Source: Selaginella moellendorffii
Lineage: Eukaryota; Plantae; Lycopodiophyta
Reading direction: 5' to 3'
DNA: 64,000 nt
Assembly (NCBI RefSeq): GCF_000143415.4
Contig: NW_003314297.1
Span: 372,001 to 436,000, forward strand
Part shown: piece after piece, positions 49,001 through 59,056 of the stretch
Numbering within the stretch: the first letter of the stretch is position 1
Layout of the letters: each line of letters begins with the position of its first letter
Program-made: the position numbers and the translations under genes
The notes under the pieces: generated by a model
The model's database searches: none
What the model saw: only the letters and a program-made list of their open reading frames with translations
What the model was told of the DNA's origin: nothing

Positions 49001-49110
49001 ATTGTGGAAATCTCAATTTAAAGGTCAAATTGGTTGTTGTCTTGGACCACATCTTTCTCATGTTTTGTTCTCTTTGATTGAACATCCTTATCCTTTTGTA
49101 GTTTTCATTT
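46038..49110 (-). pseudogene. Multi-exon pseudogene: Pro-rich N-terminus, unknown middle, C-terminal beta-class amino (N6A/N4C) DNA methyltransferase domain
   Basis: Exon 46839-46512: INFMLFDMPNGLP..N(W>*)NIL (motif IV-like, 46664-46678). Exon 46403-46042: YQF(*)SSSAMHVLLELYWPTRDVVIDYTAGSGSMVEVAYDSSKSVFAIEE (motifs X-I-II; DYTAGSG 46158-46178). Short GT-AG introns; further coding-like exons upstream to ~49110. Confidence 0.7.
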
Positions 49111-49169
49111 CTGAAATAAAAAAAAGCTCATTATAAAGAAAAAACTAAAAAATGTAGAAGAAGTTGTCA

Positions 49170-50530
49170 TGTGGTGGTCATCCACGAGTATGCTGGCATA
49201 TTGGCTGCAAGAGGCAATATCTAGGCCCAACACTCTGATGGGCTGCTTAGGTAAGCCTGGCTCGAGCACCCGAGTCACCAAGGCCGTCCGGCCCATGTGG
49301 GCCAGTTCACTGGCTTACTAGCCCAGCCCACGCGGGTCCATAGCCCAGCCAAGTGCCTGGGCCACCCAGGCTACCTGGCTTGCACGGGCCAGTTCACCAA
49401 CGTATTGGCCTGGCCCACCCAAGCACCAGTATATTGGGCCTGCCCAAGCGCCTAGGCTGCCAGGGCTGTCCAGCCTATGCAGGCTGGTTCGCTGGTGTAC
49501 CAGCCTGGCCCATATAGGCTTGCAGCCCACCTAGGCCACTAGAGTGCTCAGGCCACCAGGGCCGCTTGCCTTGCATGGGCCGGTTTGCTGGTGTACCAGC
49601 CCGGCCAATGCAAGCTTGCAGCCACGCAGCCACATGGCACCTGGCCTACTTGAGCACTTGGGCTGTGTGGGCTGGTTCATTGCCATATAGGCCCGGCCTA
49701 GTGCCCTGCCATGGGAGGCCACTGTGCCATGCAACATGGGACAACATGGCTCGCTGCACGGCATGACGCTGCAGCCCACGTATGCTAGTGAACTGTGCTT
49801 GGCCAAGATAGTGTGCCACATAGGGCACGTGGGCCACGGCACTGTGCCGCGTAGGGTGATGGGCCAGGATGGTATGCCACACAGCACAATGTTGTGGCAG
49901 CTGTGCCCTGCCCTGCATGACACCATGGCCCATATGCCTTGTGCGGCACACCATCTTGGCCAAGCATGGTTCACCGGTGAACTGTGGGCTGCGGTATCGT
50001 GTCGTGTGGCATGCCGTGCTATCCTGTCTACCCCATGAGGCACAGTGCTGCAGCCCACATGCCCCACTCCAGGGGCTGCAGTGTCACACCCCACGTGGCA
50101 TAGTGCTCAGCTGGACCAGTACAACGATGAACCGGCCTACACGGGGCTGTACATGGCAACTGTATGCAGTGGCTGCAAATGAGGTGTGGCAAGTTGCAGC
50201 AGCCACAAACAAGGCGTGCGGGCCTGGCTTGCATGGTGCAATATGGGGGGCAGCCTGGCTTGCATGGCACAGCGTGGTGCTTGTCCCATTCTTGCCTGCA
50301 TGCTTGCATTGTGCAATGGCAGCTCGCAGACCATTTCGGGCAGCAAGCATGGAGGCAGTGGCATGGCAGCATGGAGTGACATTGAGCAAACTACAAGAGG
50401 GAGGAGGAGAAAAAAATGACTTACTCTTCATAGTATTGTTTTTTATATTAACAGATCCTACAAAGTCAGTCCTAATCTCCCACTTTACTTTTTGTAAATC
50501 CTAATGCCGGGGGCTGCCCTAACCCTAACC
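49170..50530. repeat. GC-rich, TpG/CpA-enriched low-complexity block of short degenerate repeats
   Basis: Abrupt GC rise; recurring GCCCAAGCACC, GGCCAG and GGCATG motifs; ends near CCCTAACCCTAACCTAA. Confidence 0.6.
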
Positions 50531-51039
50531 TAACTTTTATCACGGCCATTCATTGTGGATGTAGTAAATCTCAAATGTCCATTTCTTTCTGCAATTATTT
50601 GGTAGCAATCTACAATTTCTACTCCATCCTAGATTTGATCACGTGACAAAGACCTTTTAAGTTATAACCTAATAATAGAATTGTGCTATAAAATGATTGT
50701 GTTATAATGTGGAAATAATATGACAGCTGCATGTGTAGAATTGAATGCAGTACAAAATTATAAATGAGAATTATGTGTTTTGTTGCAAGTCATAGAATCT
50801 TGTCATAAAATATAAGATACTTACAACCATAAATTTATATGATTATTTTACATATTTTGCATATTTGTATTATTATTGTCCTATGAAGTTGTTATTTCCA
50901 AAGCCATATGATAGATAGGTGATAGATGGTACTACATAGATAGAATATATTAAGATGAGTTCAAAAGAATGTGATGATTTCTATCTTTAGTGAAGTACTA
51001 AAAATATGTATAATATTTATTTATTTTTTCAATAGTTGA

Positions 51040-51383
51040 TCAATGGTACATCCTAGAATAAAATTATTCCTATCTTTCACATTATGGTGCATGCTTGAGG
51101 TGATATTTATTTCTGTTCTGCTAAAAGTTAGCCTATATAATAACTTTGAGCATGTTTTTGAATTTGATGTATATAGACTTTTAATATTGTACAACATAGT
51201 CCTTTATACTTCACATTAACCTTATTATAAAAACATTAATCAATGGTAGATCCTAGAATAAAATCACCTTACTTTTCACATAATGGTATATTAGTAATGG
51301 CATATGTTTGAGGTGACATTTCTTTTTGTTCTAATTCTAAATACTTAGCATAATAACTTTGAGCATGTTTTTTAATATGGTGT
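51040..51383 (+). repeat. Diverged ~130-140 bp direct repeat (51040-51170, 51240-51383)
   Basis: TCAATGGTA(C/G)ATCCTAGAATAAAAT...TAATAACTTTGAGCATGTTTTT occurs twice. Confidence 0.75.
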
Positions 51384-51590
51384 TGTGAGTACATGGAATA
51401 TGGAAAGGGAATACAGAAATGTGCATATCAATTAGCCCAAAAACCCTAGCTTATATACAGGAGCGAGTGGTCCGGATTGAAACCCATCTGATGGCTACCA
51501 AAATCCCACTACGCTAATATTAGTATACGGCATCGTAGCCGTACACTTGGCCCTCACATCATCCCCTCCTCTCGGAATAATGGAAGGCCG

Positions 51591-53510
51591 TCAGGGTTCT
51601 CTTGTAGATGGGCCAGGATCTGGAGGAACGTCAGGAGGAGGCATCGGCGGATCTTTAGATGGTATTAACTGCTCCTGATCCCTTTGTATGAAGCGTTTCA
51701 ACTGCTGTACATGCACAATCTCTGGAGGATCGGCCTGTTGGACGTCATGCCGAACCTTATAAAATTGTGGTCCAACTTGCCGCAACACTCGATACGGTCC
51801 TTTCCACTGCACAAGGAGCCCCTTAGATAAACCACATACTGTAAGATGGGGAAAACGGACTAACACCAAATCATCCACTTTGTACTCTGTAGGTGGACGA
51901 TGATGGGAGTTGTAGCGCCGTTGTTGTCCCACTTGTATGCAGCTTAAGTGTTCGGCAGACTCTGCTCGGACAAGCGGAAGAATGCTCGTCAAATATTGAT
52001 CCCATGACCTAGCATCAGGAGCTCGTGGCAATCGCGAAGGTAAACCCAGCTCCGTTGGTAATATTGGATCATGACCATATAGAAGTTTATATGGTGAAGC
52101 ATCAACAGAACTCTGCACCCCTGTGACATAGGCATACCCAAAAGACGGCAAATAACCATCCCAATCTGAATGCTGAAAGTTCACATACTTCGCAATCATC
52201 CTTTTGAATGTCCAAATGACTCGTTCCACTAGACCGTCTGATTGTAGATGATAAGCACTTGTAAAAGTGTGGCGTATCCCCAACCGAGACGTCAAAATAT
52301 GAAATACCTCAGCCATAAATGCAGGATCATTATCCGAAAGAATCCACTCTGGACAAGAATGTTGGAACACCACTCGATTGAGGAGGAAGTATCCAACAGC
52401 AGTTGCAGAAGTGCTAACAAAAGCACCAACTTCCACCCAACGAGTCAAGTAGTTAGAAGCAATAATAACATACTCATTGCCAGCAGTCGACCGTGGAAAA
52501 GGTCCCATAAGATCAAACGCCACCAACTCAAAGGGACGGGAAATTGCAATTGACTCCAACCGTCCTTCCGCAGCACAAGGGGGAGTATTACGAGCTTGGC
52601 ACCAAACGCAGCTACGCACATACCGAATAATATCACGTCGCATCTCCGGCCAATAGAAAGACCTGCGCAGCTTCTCGGTCACACGACGATGTCCCATATG
52701 CCCACTTAGAACAGGAGAATCATGGTAGGCACGGAGAAACTGCAGAATAAAGATAGAAGGCACCACCAGCCGTAAATGATCATCAGGATCCGTCCCCACA
52801 AAATAAAGAAGGCCATCTTCAAGACGATATTGAGAATGTAAATGCCAAAAGGGCAAGTCATCAACAAATGATGCAGGATTCTCAAATGCATCTCGAAGCC
52901 TTCGAATCCACGGCTCAATCTTTTGAGCCTCGTGAACCTCATCAAGAGAAGGTAGATTTTGCTCTGCGCCTTGTGGACACTGAACATCAAGTATAGCAAC
53001 TGCCGACGGCACAGAATCCTTGTCTAGAAAATCCACAGATGCTGGAACAACAAACTCATCAGAAACATGAGAAGAGAGCGGAGAAGGAAGAGGAGCTCGA
53101 GAAAGAGCATCAGCATCAGCCATAGAACTCCCTGGGCGATGAACAACATCAAAATTATATATCTGAAGCTTCAAAGCCCACCGAGCAATACGACCAACTA
53201 GGTTCTTCCGCTTCAATAATGAAGTAACAGCAGCATGGTCACCTTCAAGTAACGTTTGAGAACCATGTAGATATGCATGAAGTTTCTCGAAACCCCAAAC
53301 TACTGCTAAACACTCCTTCTCTGTTGTGGAGTAATTCACTTCTATTGGTTGTAACGTACGGCTTATATATGCAATGGGATGATGCTGACCAGGCATACTC
53401 GGGCTTTCTTGCATCAATACACCTCCAAGACCAATATCAAAAGCATCTATGTGCAAAATAAAAAGTTGAGTGTAGTCAAGATATGCCAAAACCGGAGGAG
53501 TCGTTAATAG
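51591..53510 (-). pseudogene. pol: RNase H-integrase part of element D pol (still open, ~640 codons)
   Basis: LHIDAFDIGLGGVL..NYSTTEKECLAV..GHMG..WPEM..CVWC..DLMGP..LSDND..DGLVER..WKGPY. The first 28 codons of the listed ORF come from the inserted LTR. Confidence 0.9.
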
Positions 53511-55079
53511 TGTGAGACACAAAATCCCTAGGCCCCAAAGTGGAGCCGGAGGGGTGCCTCGTGGTAGTGGCCAAAGCGAAAGCCAAACGAGCATAACACA
53601 TTTGGACTAAAAGCTCCGCCTTGAAAGGTCGAGAGCGGGAGTGAAACTCCCAATAAAGTGCTCGAGGAACAAGCACAAAGAGAGCAATAAGTGAGGCTCC
53701 AAAAAGGGACCCGAGTTGGAGTCCGAAGTGGAGTCCGAGAAGGACCCCGAGATGGAGTCCGAGATGGAGTCCGAGGTGGAGTCCGAGGTGGACTCGAGAT
53801 GGACCCGAGATGGAGTCCGAGATGGAGTTCGAGATGGACCCGAGATGGAGTCTGAGATGGAGTCCGAGATGGAGTCCGGGATGGACCCGAGATGGAGTCC
53901 GAGATGGAGTCCGAGATGGACCCGAGGTGGAGTCCGAGATGGACCCAAGGTGGAGTCCGATGTCGAGACCGAGACCAGGACCAAGACCGGGACCGAGACC
54001 GAGACCGAGATCGGGACCAAGACCGAGACCGAGGCCGAGTCCGAGTCCGAGTCCGAGTCCAAGTCCGAGTCTGAGTTCGAGTCTAAGAGGGTGAAAGCCC
54101 AAAGCGTTCGTCTCCCAGACCCTAGGGGGTTTGGTGAGCTCCAAAAGTATAGTAGGGGGAGGACTGCAGTAGAGCCAGTTTGGCCAGGAAAGGCCAGTTT
54201 GGCCTAGGAAGGCCGGACCTAGTGTTGGGTGATGAGCTGCCCACTGGGAAGTCCAAAACTAAAGTGCACGGACCGACAAGCGGGGTAGCTTGGTGAAGTG
54301 TTCAAAAGCCGGCTCTAGTTCCCCCGGGAGATCAACTGGCCGATGCTCCCAGTCCAAGTGTGGGTGGCACTACCTACTTGGATACCAGGCGTGGCTCAAC
54401 GGAACCTCGCTCTAAGCCCATGGCTAGAGCACCAAAAGGCGAGAGGTGGGGAGAGTACCCATGAGGCTTGCGTAAGGCCACAGTGTTCCGAAATGTTGTC
54501 CCAAAGTCCCAAACGGTGAAAGGGAAGAGGAGCAGGCCTCTAATGCAGTGACCAAGGATACGGTCACATGGTGAGGAAGTCCCAAAGGATAGTGGGACTT
54601 AGCGGTCAGGCCTGCGGGTCTTGATCCAGTGGCAGTGTTGGCGAACACGGCTATGGACTAAAAGGGACTTGGTGGGGACTAGAAAAGAGTTGTCGGGGAA
54701 GGCTATTCCCCATGTCTATGGGCATCCTAAGGATGCTAAGGACTAGATTTGGGATGATCACTCATGGACGGATAGCCCAGTCTTGGAGAGACGGGATTGC
54801 AATGTAGGTGGTGTTGGACCACCGATGTGTCCAAGGTGATTGGGCATGGCCTAGCATAACGGGCTGGTATGTTGGTGGTGCCTTGGGGTGTCGGTCAAGG
54901 GATCGGACACGTGGAGCACTTGGACCAAGTGCAAAGGTTGAGTGGCGTGGATGCCATTCATGGGGCTAGCAAGCCCCAAGTTGTGAATGGGACTTATGGA
55001 GGTTGTGAATGAAACTCCTCCAAGTGGTCGGAGGTGCGGTTAAGTGACTAAAGTAGAATAGAAAAATTAGTCACTTATA
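53511..55079 (+). mobile_element. Solo LTR of family X (1569 bp)
   Basis: TG start; TSD AATAG (53506-53510)/AACAG (55080-55084); removing it restores pol LKE-LLTTPPVL. Internal arrays of 11/12-mers (53717-53960) and 6-mers (53965-54085). Confidence 0.88.
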
Positions 55080-56580
55080 AACAGCTCTTTGAGATTCATA
55101 AATGCCTGTTCACAATCTGAAGAAGATGACGTTGATGACTTTAGCAATGCTCGCAACGGTGTAGTGCGATCAGAAAGATGATCCACAAAACGACCAAGAT
55201 ATTGCACTTTGCCCAGGAAGCGCTGCACATCATTAACACACTTCGGAGTAGGGAACTTTAGAACAGCTACAAGTTTGTTAGGATCAACTTGCAAACCTTC
55301 ACGAGAAATACGATACCCAAGATAAATTGTGTCCTTGGACCCAAATACGCACTTTGACCGCTTCAACTTTAAACCAATGTCCTATAGCTGATCCAACACT
55401 TTACACACATCACGAATGTGCTCCTCCCACGTCACCTCCAAGTGAATCAAAACATCATCAATGAAGTTAGTAGTCACCTCTGGCATATCACAAAGAACCT
55501 CGTCCATCATTCGCTGGAAAGTTGCTAGAGCATTGTTCAAACCAAACGGCATCACCAAGAACTCGTACAAACCAAAAGGTGTACGAAAAGCAGTCTTAGG
55601 AATATCTTCTTTAGCCATCGGTACTTGCCAGTACCCAGAAGCAAGATCGAGCTTGGTGAACCAACGACTTCACCCTAGACGATCCAAAAGATTAGCTTTA
55701 TGAGGAAGAGGATACATATCCAGGATCGTCACTTCATTTAACGGATAATAGTTGATGCAGAAATGAATACTCCCATTAGGCTTCGTCACAAGATGAGGTT
55801 CACATGCCCAAGGACTCCACAACTTCTGAATAACACCCTTCTCCAACATTTCCTTGACGTTTGCACGTAAAATCCTGATCTCCTTGGGTGACTGATGACG
55901 AACTGGAACCTTGATTGGACGAGCATCCCCGGTTGGAATCGGATGACGTGTGGCAATCTTGACCCCAGACGATAGGTCAAATTCAAAGAGATCAAAATAC
56001 TCCTTCATGAGCCGGTCAACAGCTGCAACACAAAGATCTTCGGAGGGATCGAAAAAGGGAAGAGCAGAACAAGATGGAAACACAGGAGGAAATAGTGGGG
56101 AAACAAAAGTAATAGAAGTAGAGGTAGAAGTAGAGGGACGAAGAGATATGGAAGTGAGAGGAATGGATGAAACATAAGGAAGTATGAGACAAGGGGGAGA
56201 AGCCTCAAAGTCACACTTGGCATAATTGCGCTGCAACCAATCCATACCAAGAATGAGGTCAAAAGCTTGACTTGGCACCACCCGCAACGACTGCAACTCA
56301 AGCTCGAGATCGCCCACACGCACAACCAAGTCCGCCTCATCTCGTGCACATGCATGTGTACGACCATTGCCATAAAGAATGAAAACTGGATCCGCCACAC
56401 GACGCAAGTGTAGATAACAACGTGTGGCAATAGGTCAAGCAATAGAAGATAAACTTGAATTTGTATCAACCAACACGGAGAAAGGAATAGGAGACCTCTT
56501 GTTATAAAAACGAGCTTGGAAAGTAAACACTGGATGAACCGGTGCCGAGTGAACCCCTTGATGATACTCTCGAAAGAAAG

Positions 56581-56644
56581 ATGGAGGGGTCACTAACTTA
56601 TTCGCATAAGGTCCCTCCATTACTCACGCGACTCCTTGTTTCCC
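56581..56644 (-). promoter_or_regulatory. -1 ribosomal frameshift signal (G GGA AAC plus H-type pseudoknot)
   Basis: Slip site 56644-56638, 6-nt spacer, stem 1 TCGCGTGAG/CTTATGCGA, stem 2 ATGGAGGG/CCCTCCAT; pol lies in the -1 frame. Confidence 0.8.
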
Positions 56645-57155
56645 GGATGCACCTCGGTGTCCAAACCTTCCACTGCAGCAACACCAATGGGACGTTGCTG
56701 ATGCCAAGGTCTCCACCCAGGAAATGGAGGTCGCCAATCCGGAAAGCGTCGACAATGCCGATAAGTATGACCAACTTCATCACATGCCCAACAACGAACA
56801 TCATAGCCACGACCACGTCCTCGCCCTTGTCCATGGACTCGAGTAGCAGCAACATCAACCTCCATTGGAACAGGACCATCACTCAGTTTTCTTTACTAAT
56901 GTTTTGATCTTTCTCTCAAGTCTATTTAATTGGAGGTTATGATTCATAACAACATTAGTCTAGTTGAACAATCAGAGTTTCTTGTTTCAGGTGTGGGTGA
57001 AGGTGGACAACATTGGGATTTGTAACATTCCAAGTCCAAGAAGATTCAAGGTTTTGGATCTTTAATCAAAGTGTGAAGTTGCGATCATACTAAAGTGAAT
57101 ATGAAGCAAGAGTCAATGATTATCATTTCTTAGTTCCAGTGGAGATGTCAGTCCA

Positions 57156-57430
57156 ATGCTAGCCAAAAATCTACCAACTCCGACTTTATTGATATTCAAA
57201 GCATTTTGCAACACTTTTAAAATCTTTTACCTCTCTATCAACGTGCGTTTGTTTTTGCATAAGTTTGTTAGCAAGCTCCCATCCATATACAATGGCAACA
57301 TCTTCTTTGAACTACCACCTCTTGTCAACTTAAAGCAAAAGGGGATGAAGACCAAGCAGAACGTCCACAACTGCTACAAGATCAAGACTATATATTTTCA
57401 ACATTTCAAAAGCACAATGTCTATGATAAG
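57156..57430 (+). pseudogene. Possible fragment of a GCM-like-domain (MULE-type) transposon protein
   Basis: FVSKLPSIYNGNIFFELPP..GM....VHNCYKIKT resembles the LP..FDG...FELPP..GM..DGH.W.K motif recalled from moss/lycophyte TE proteins. Confidence 0.35.
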
Positions 57431-58087
57431 CTCTATTTCGTTAAAGTGGGATTTATTCAGTAAAATGGGACTAGGTACAAATTTTCAAGTATTTGAAAAT
57501 GACGTGAAATTATATGTTTTTTGTCCAGGGGCTAGACATATCTGGGGCATGGTGACTAGCGCGGTGACTTTGTGTCCAGACTGAGTCCATCTGGTTGTAT
57601 AATAAATCTCATTATCAAGGTGAACAAGCCGAATCTGAAGCTAAAGAAGAGCGATGGCATGCGCGCACACACTATTTGTTTGTTCATTGAGCGTGTGGTG
57701 AGCTTTCCAAGATGAACGTCATTCTTATTAGCCAGACATATAATTTAATGGTGAAAACATTTAGATATTATTCAATGTTATCTTTTTCTAACGAATCTAA
57801 TTGTGAAGGTGTAGCAAGAGGCATTGCTAGTCTGGAGAAGTCATTTAACTCATTTGACCCTTAGTGTATTTTCATGAAACTAAATAACATTCATATTATT
57901 AAGGAATTTCTCTAGTACCTTTTTTTTACGACATAGAGGCTTGCATTTCTTTCAAAGGTGATTTAGTAAAAGGCCTGAGGGCACATGCCATTCTATTTCT
58001 CAGACCGGTATTAAGATATACTAGTGCAAAAGGAAAAAGGTATTTGGTGATCAAGTAAATGGCATGAGGGCATACGCCATTATAAGC

Positions 58088-58345
58088 CTAAGTGCTAGTG
58101 GACACCTCCTTTTTGGTACTCTCAGCGGTACTATCATCCTTCTCCGGGTCAGTTGTTTTGCTTTGGATTGTTGTCTCTGACGTTACTAGGGCGTTCTTGA
58201 TAGTTGTTAATGTTGCCGTTTGTTCAGAAAAATGATCACCTAGAGTATAGTACGGGGAGTTTGGAAGTCTTATATATTCTACATCTTCACCTATCTCCTT
58301 CTCCATCTCCTTTTCTGCCTCACTTACAGATTTTGTACTTGCCAT
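58088..58345 (-). CDS. Small acidic/Thr-rich hypothetical ORF (85 aa) inside the DNA transposon
   Basis: MASTKSVSEAEKEMEKE...EVSTST*; TATAA ~40 nt upstream; composition differs from the AT-rich flanks. Confidence 0.35.
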   Translation of the reverse strand: MASTKSVSEAEKEMEKEIGEDVEYIRLPNSPYYTLGDHFSEQTATLTTIKNALVTSETTIQSKTTDPEKDDSTAESTKKEVSTST

Positions 58346-59056
58346 GAGAACGCTCTTCACCCTAAAATATGGAGTTCGTTGTGTTATAAAAGGAAACCAA
58401 CACACACGCTGCAAGGGAATGATGGTACATAAAGCACGTAAGCCCACAATATGGGTTTATGTGCCATTAATATGGGCCACACGCCATATTATTAGATTTA
58501 TGCACGTGTGATTGGTAAATGCATATGTCACATCATCTTTGTTTTACCTCACACTATATCAGGCCTAATGAACCATATCACATGTGCGCACATGCTATAT
58601 ATATGGAGAAGTATTATGCAAGGATAGAAAAATTCAATGCATGATTGTGGAGAGCAATGGCATGAAGCCACATGCTAAATAACATTTTAGAGAAAGAATT
58701 AAAATAGAAACATGCAAACAGTACTGAGTGGACCAAGACTTAGAAGTGCACAATTGAATGAGGTATTTCTAATAAATATTTCACTCACCTCATATAGGAA
58801 TGGCTACCACTCTCAAATGGCGTATCGCCTCATGCCATCACCTCGCAATTTGTTATAACAATCCGATGAATTCATATTCGGCTTGTTCACCTTGAACTTT
58901 AAGTAAGATTTGCTAGAACAACTAAGAATTTATACTTGTTATTTGTATCATCTCACCTAGGAATGGCGTAAGGCCACATGCCATCACGTCTCCTTTGATT
59001 CAGATTCGGATTGTTCACCTTGAAATAAAATACATTAGAAACTTAATAAAGGAATA

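Larger units (their letters stand above)
51384..56880 (-). mobile_element. Non-chromovirus Ty3/gypsy, element D (5'-truncated), carrying a solo LTR
   Basis: LTR 51384-51558 (TGTGAG..CTCACA); PPT GAGAGGAGGGGATGA; gag knuckle CWACDEVGHTYRHC; PR; RT (FIDDVL); RH-INT open from 53510 to 51591; no chromodomain. Confidence 0.9.

Noticed and set aside
48654-49136. Val/Met-rich and His-rich ORFs
   Set aside because: Alternative frames of a (GGT/GAT)n low-complexity tract; only the minus-strand Pro frame links to downstream coding sequence.
49318-50504. Many overlapping Ala/Cys/His/Trp-rich ORFs
   Set aside because: Expected from GC-rich, TG/CA-enriched repeats; no recognisable motif in any frame.
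53476-54207. Several long ORFs (MESEMESE.., LGLGLG.., DSISDS..), also at 25451-25874 and 36928-37227
   Set aside because: Artefacts of the stop-free 6/11/12-bp tandem arrays inside LTR family X.
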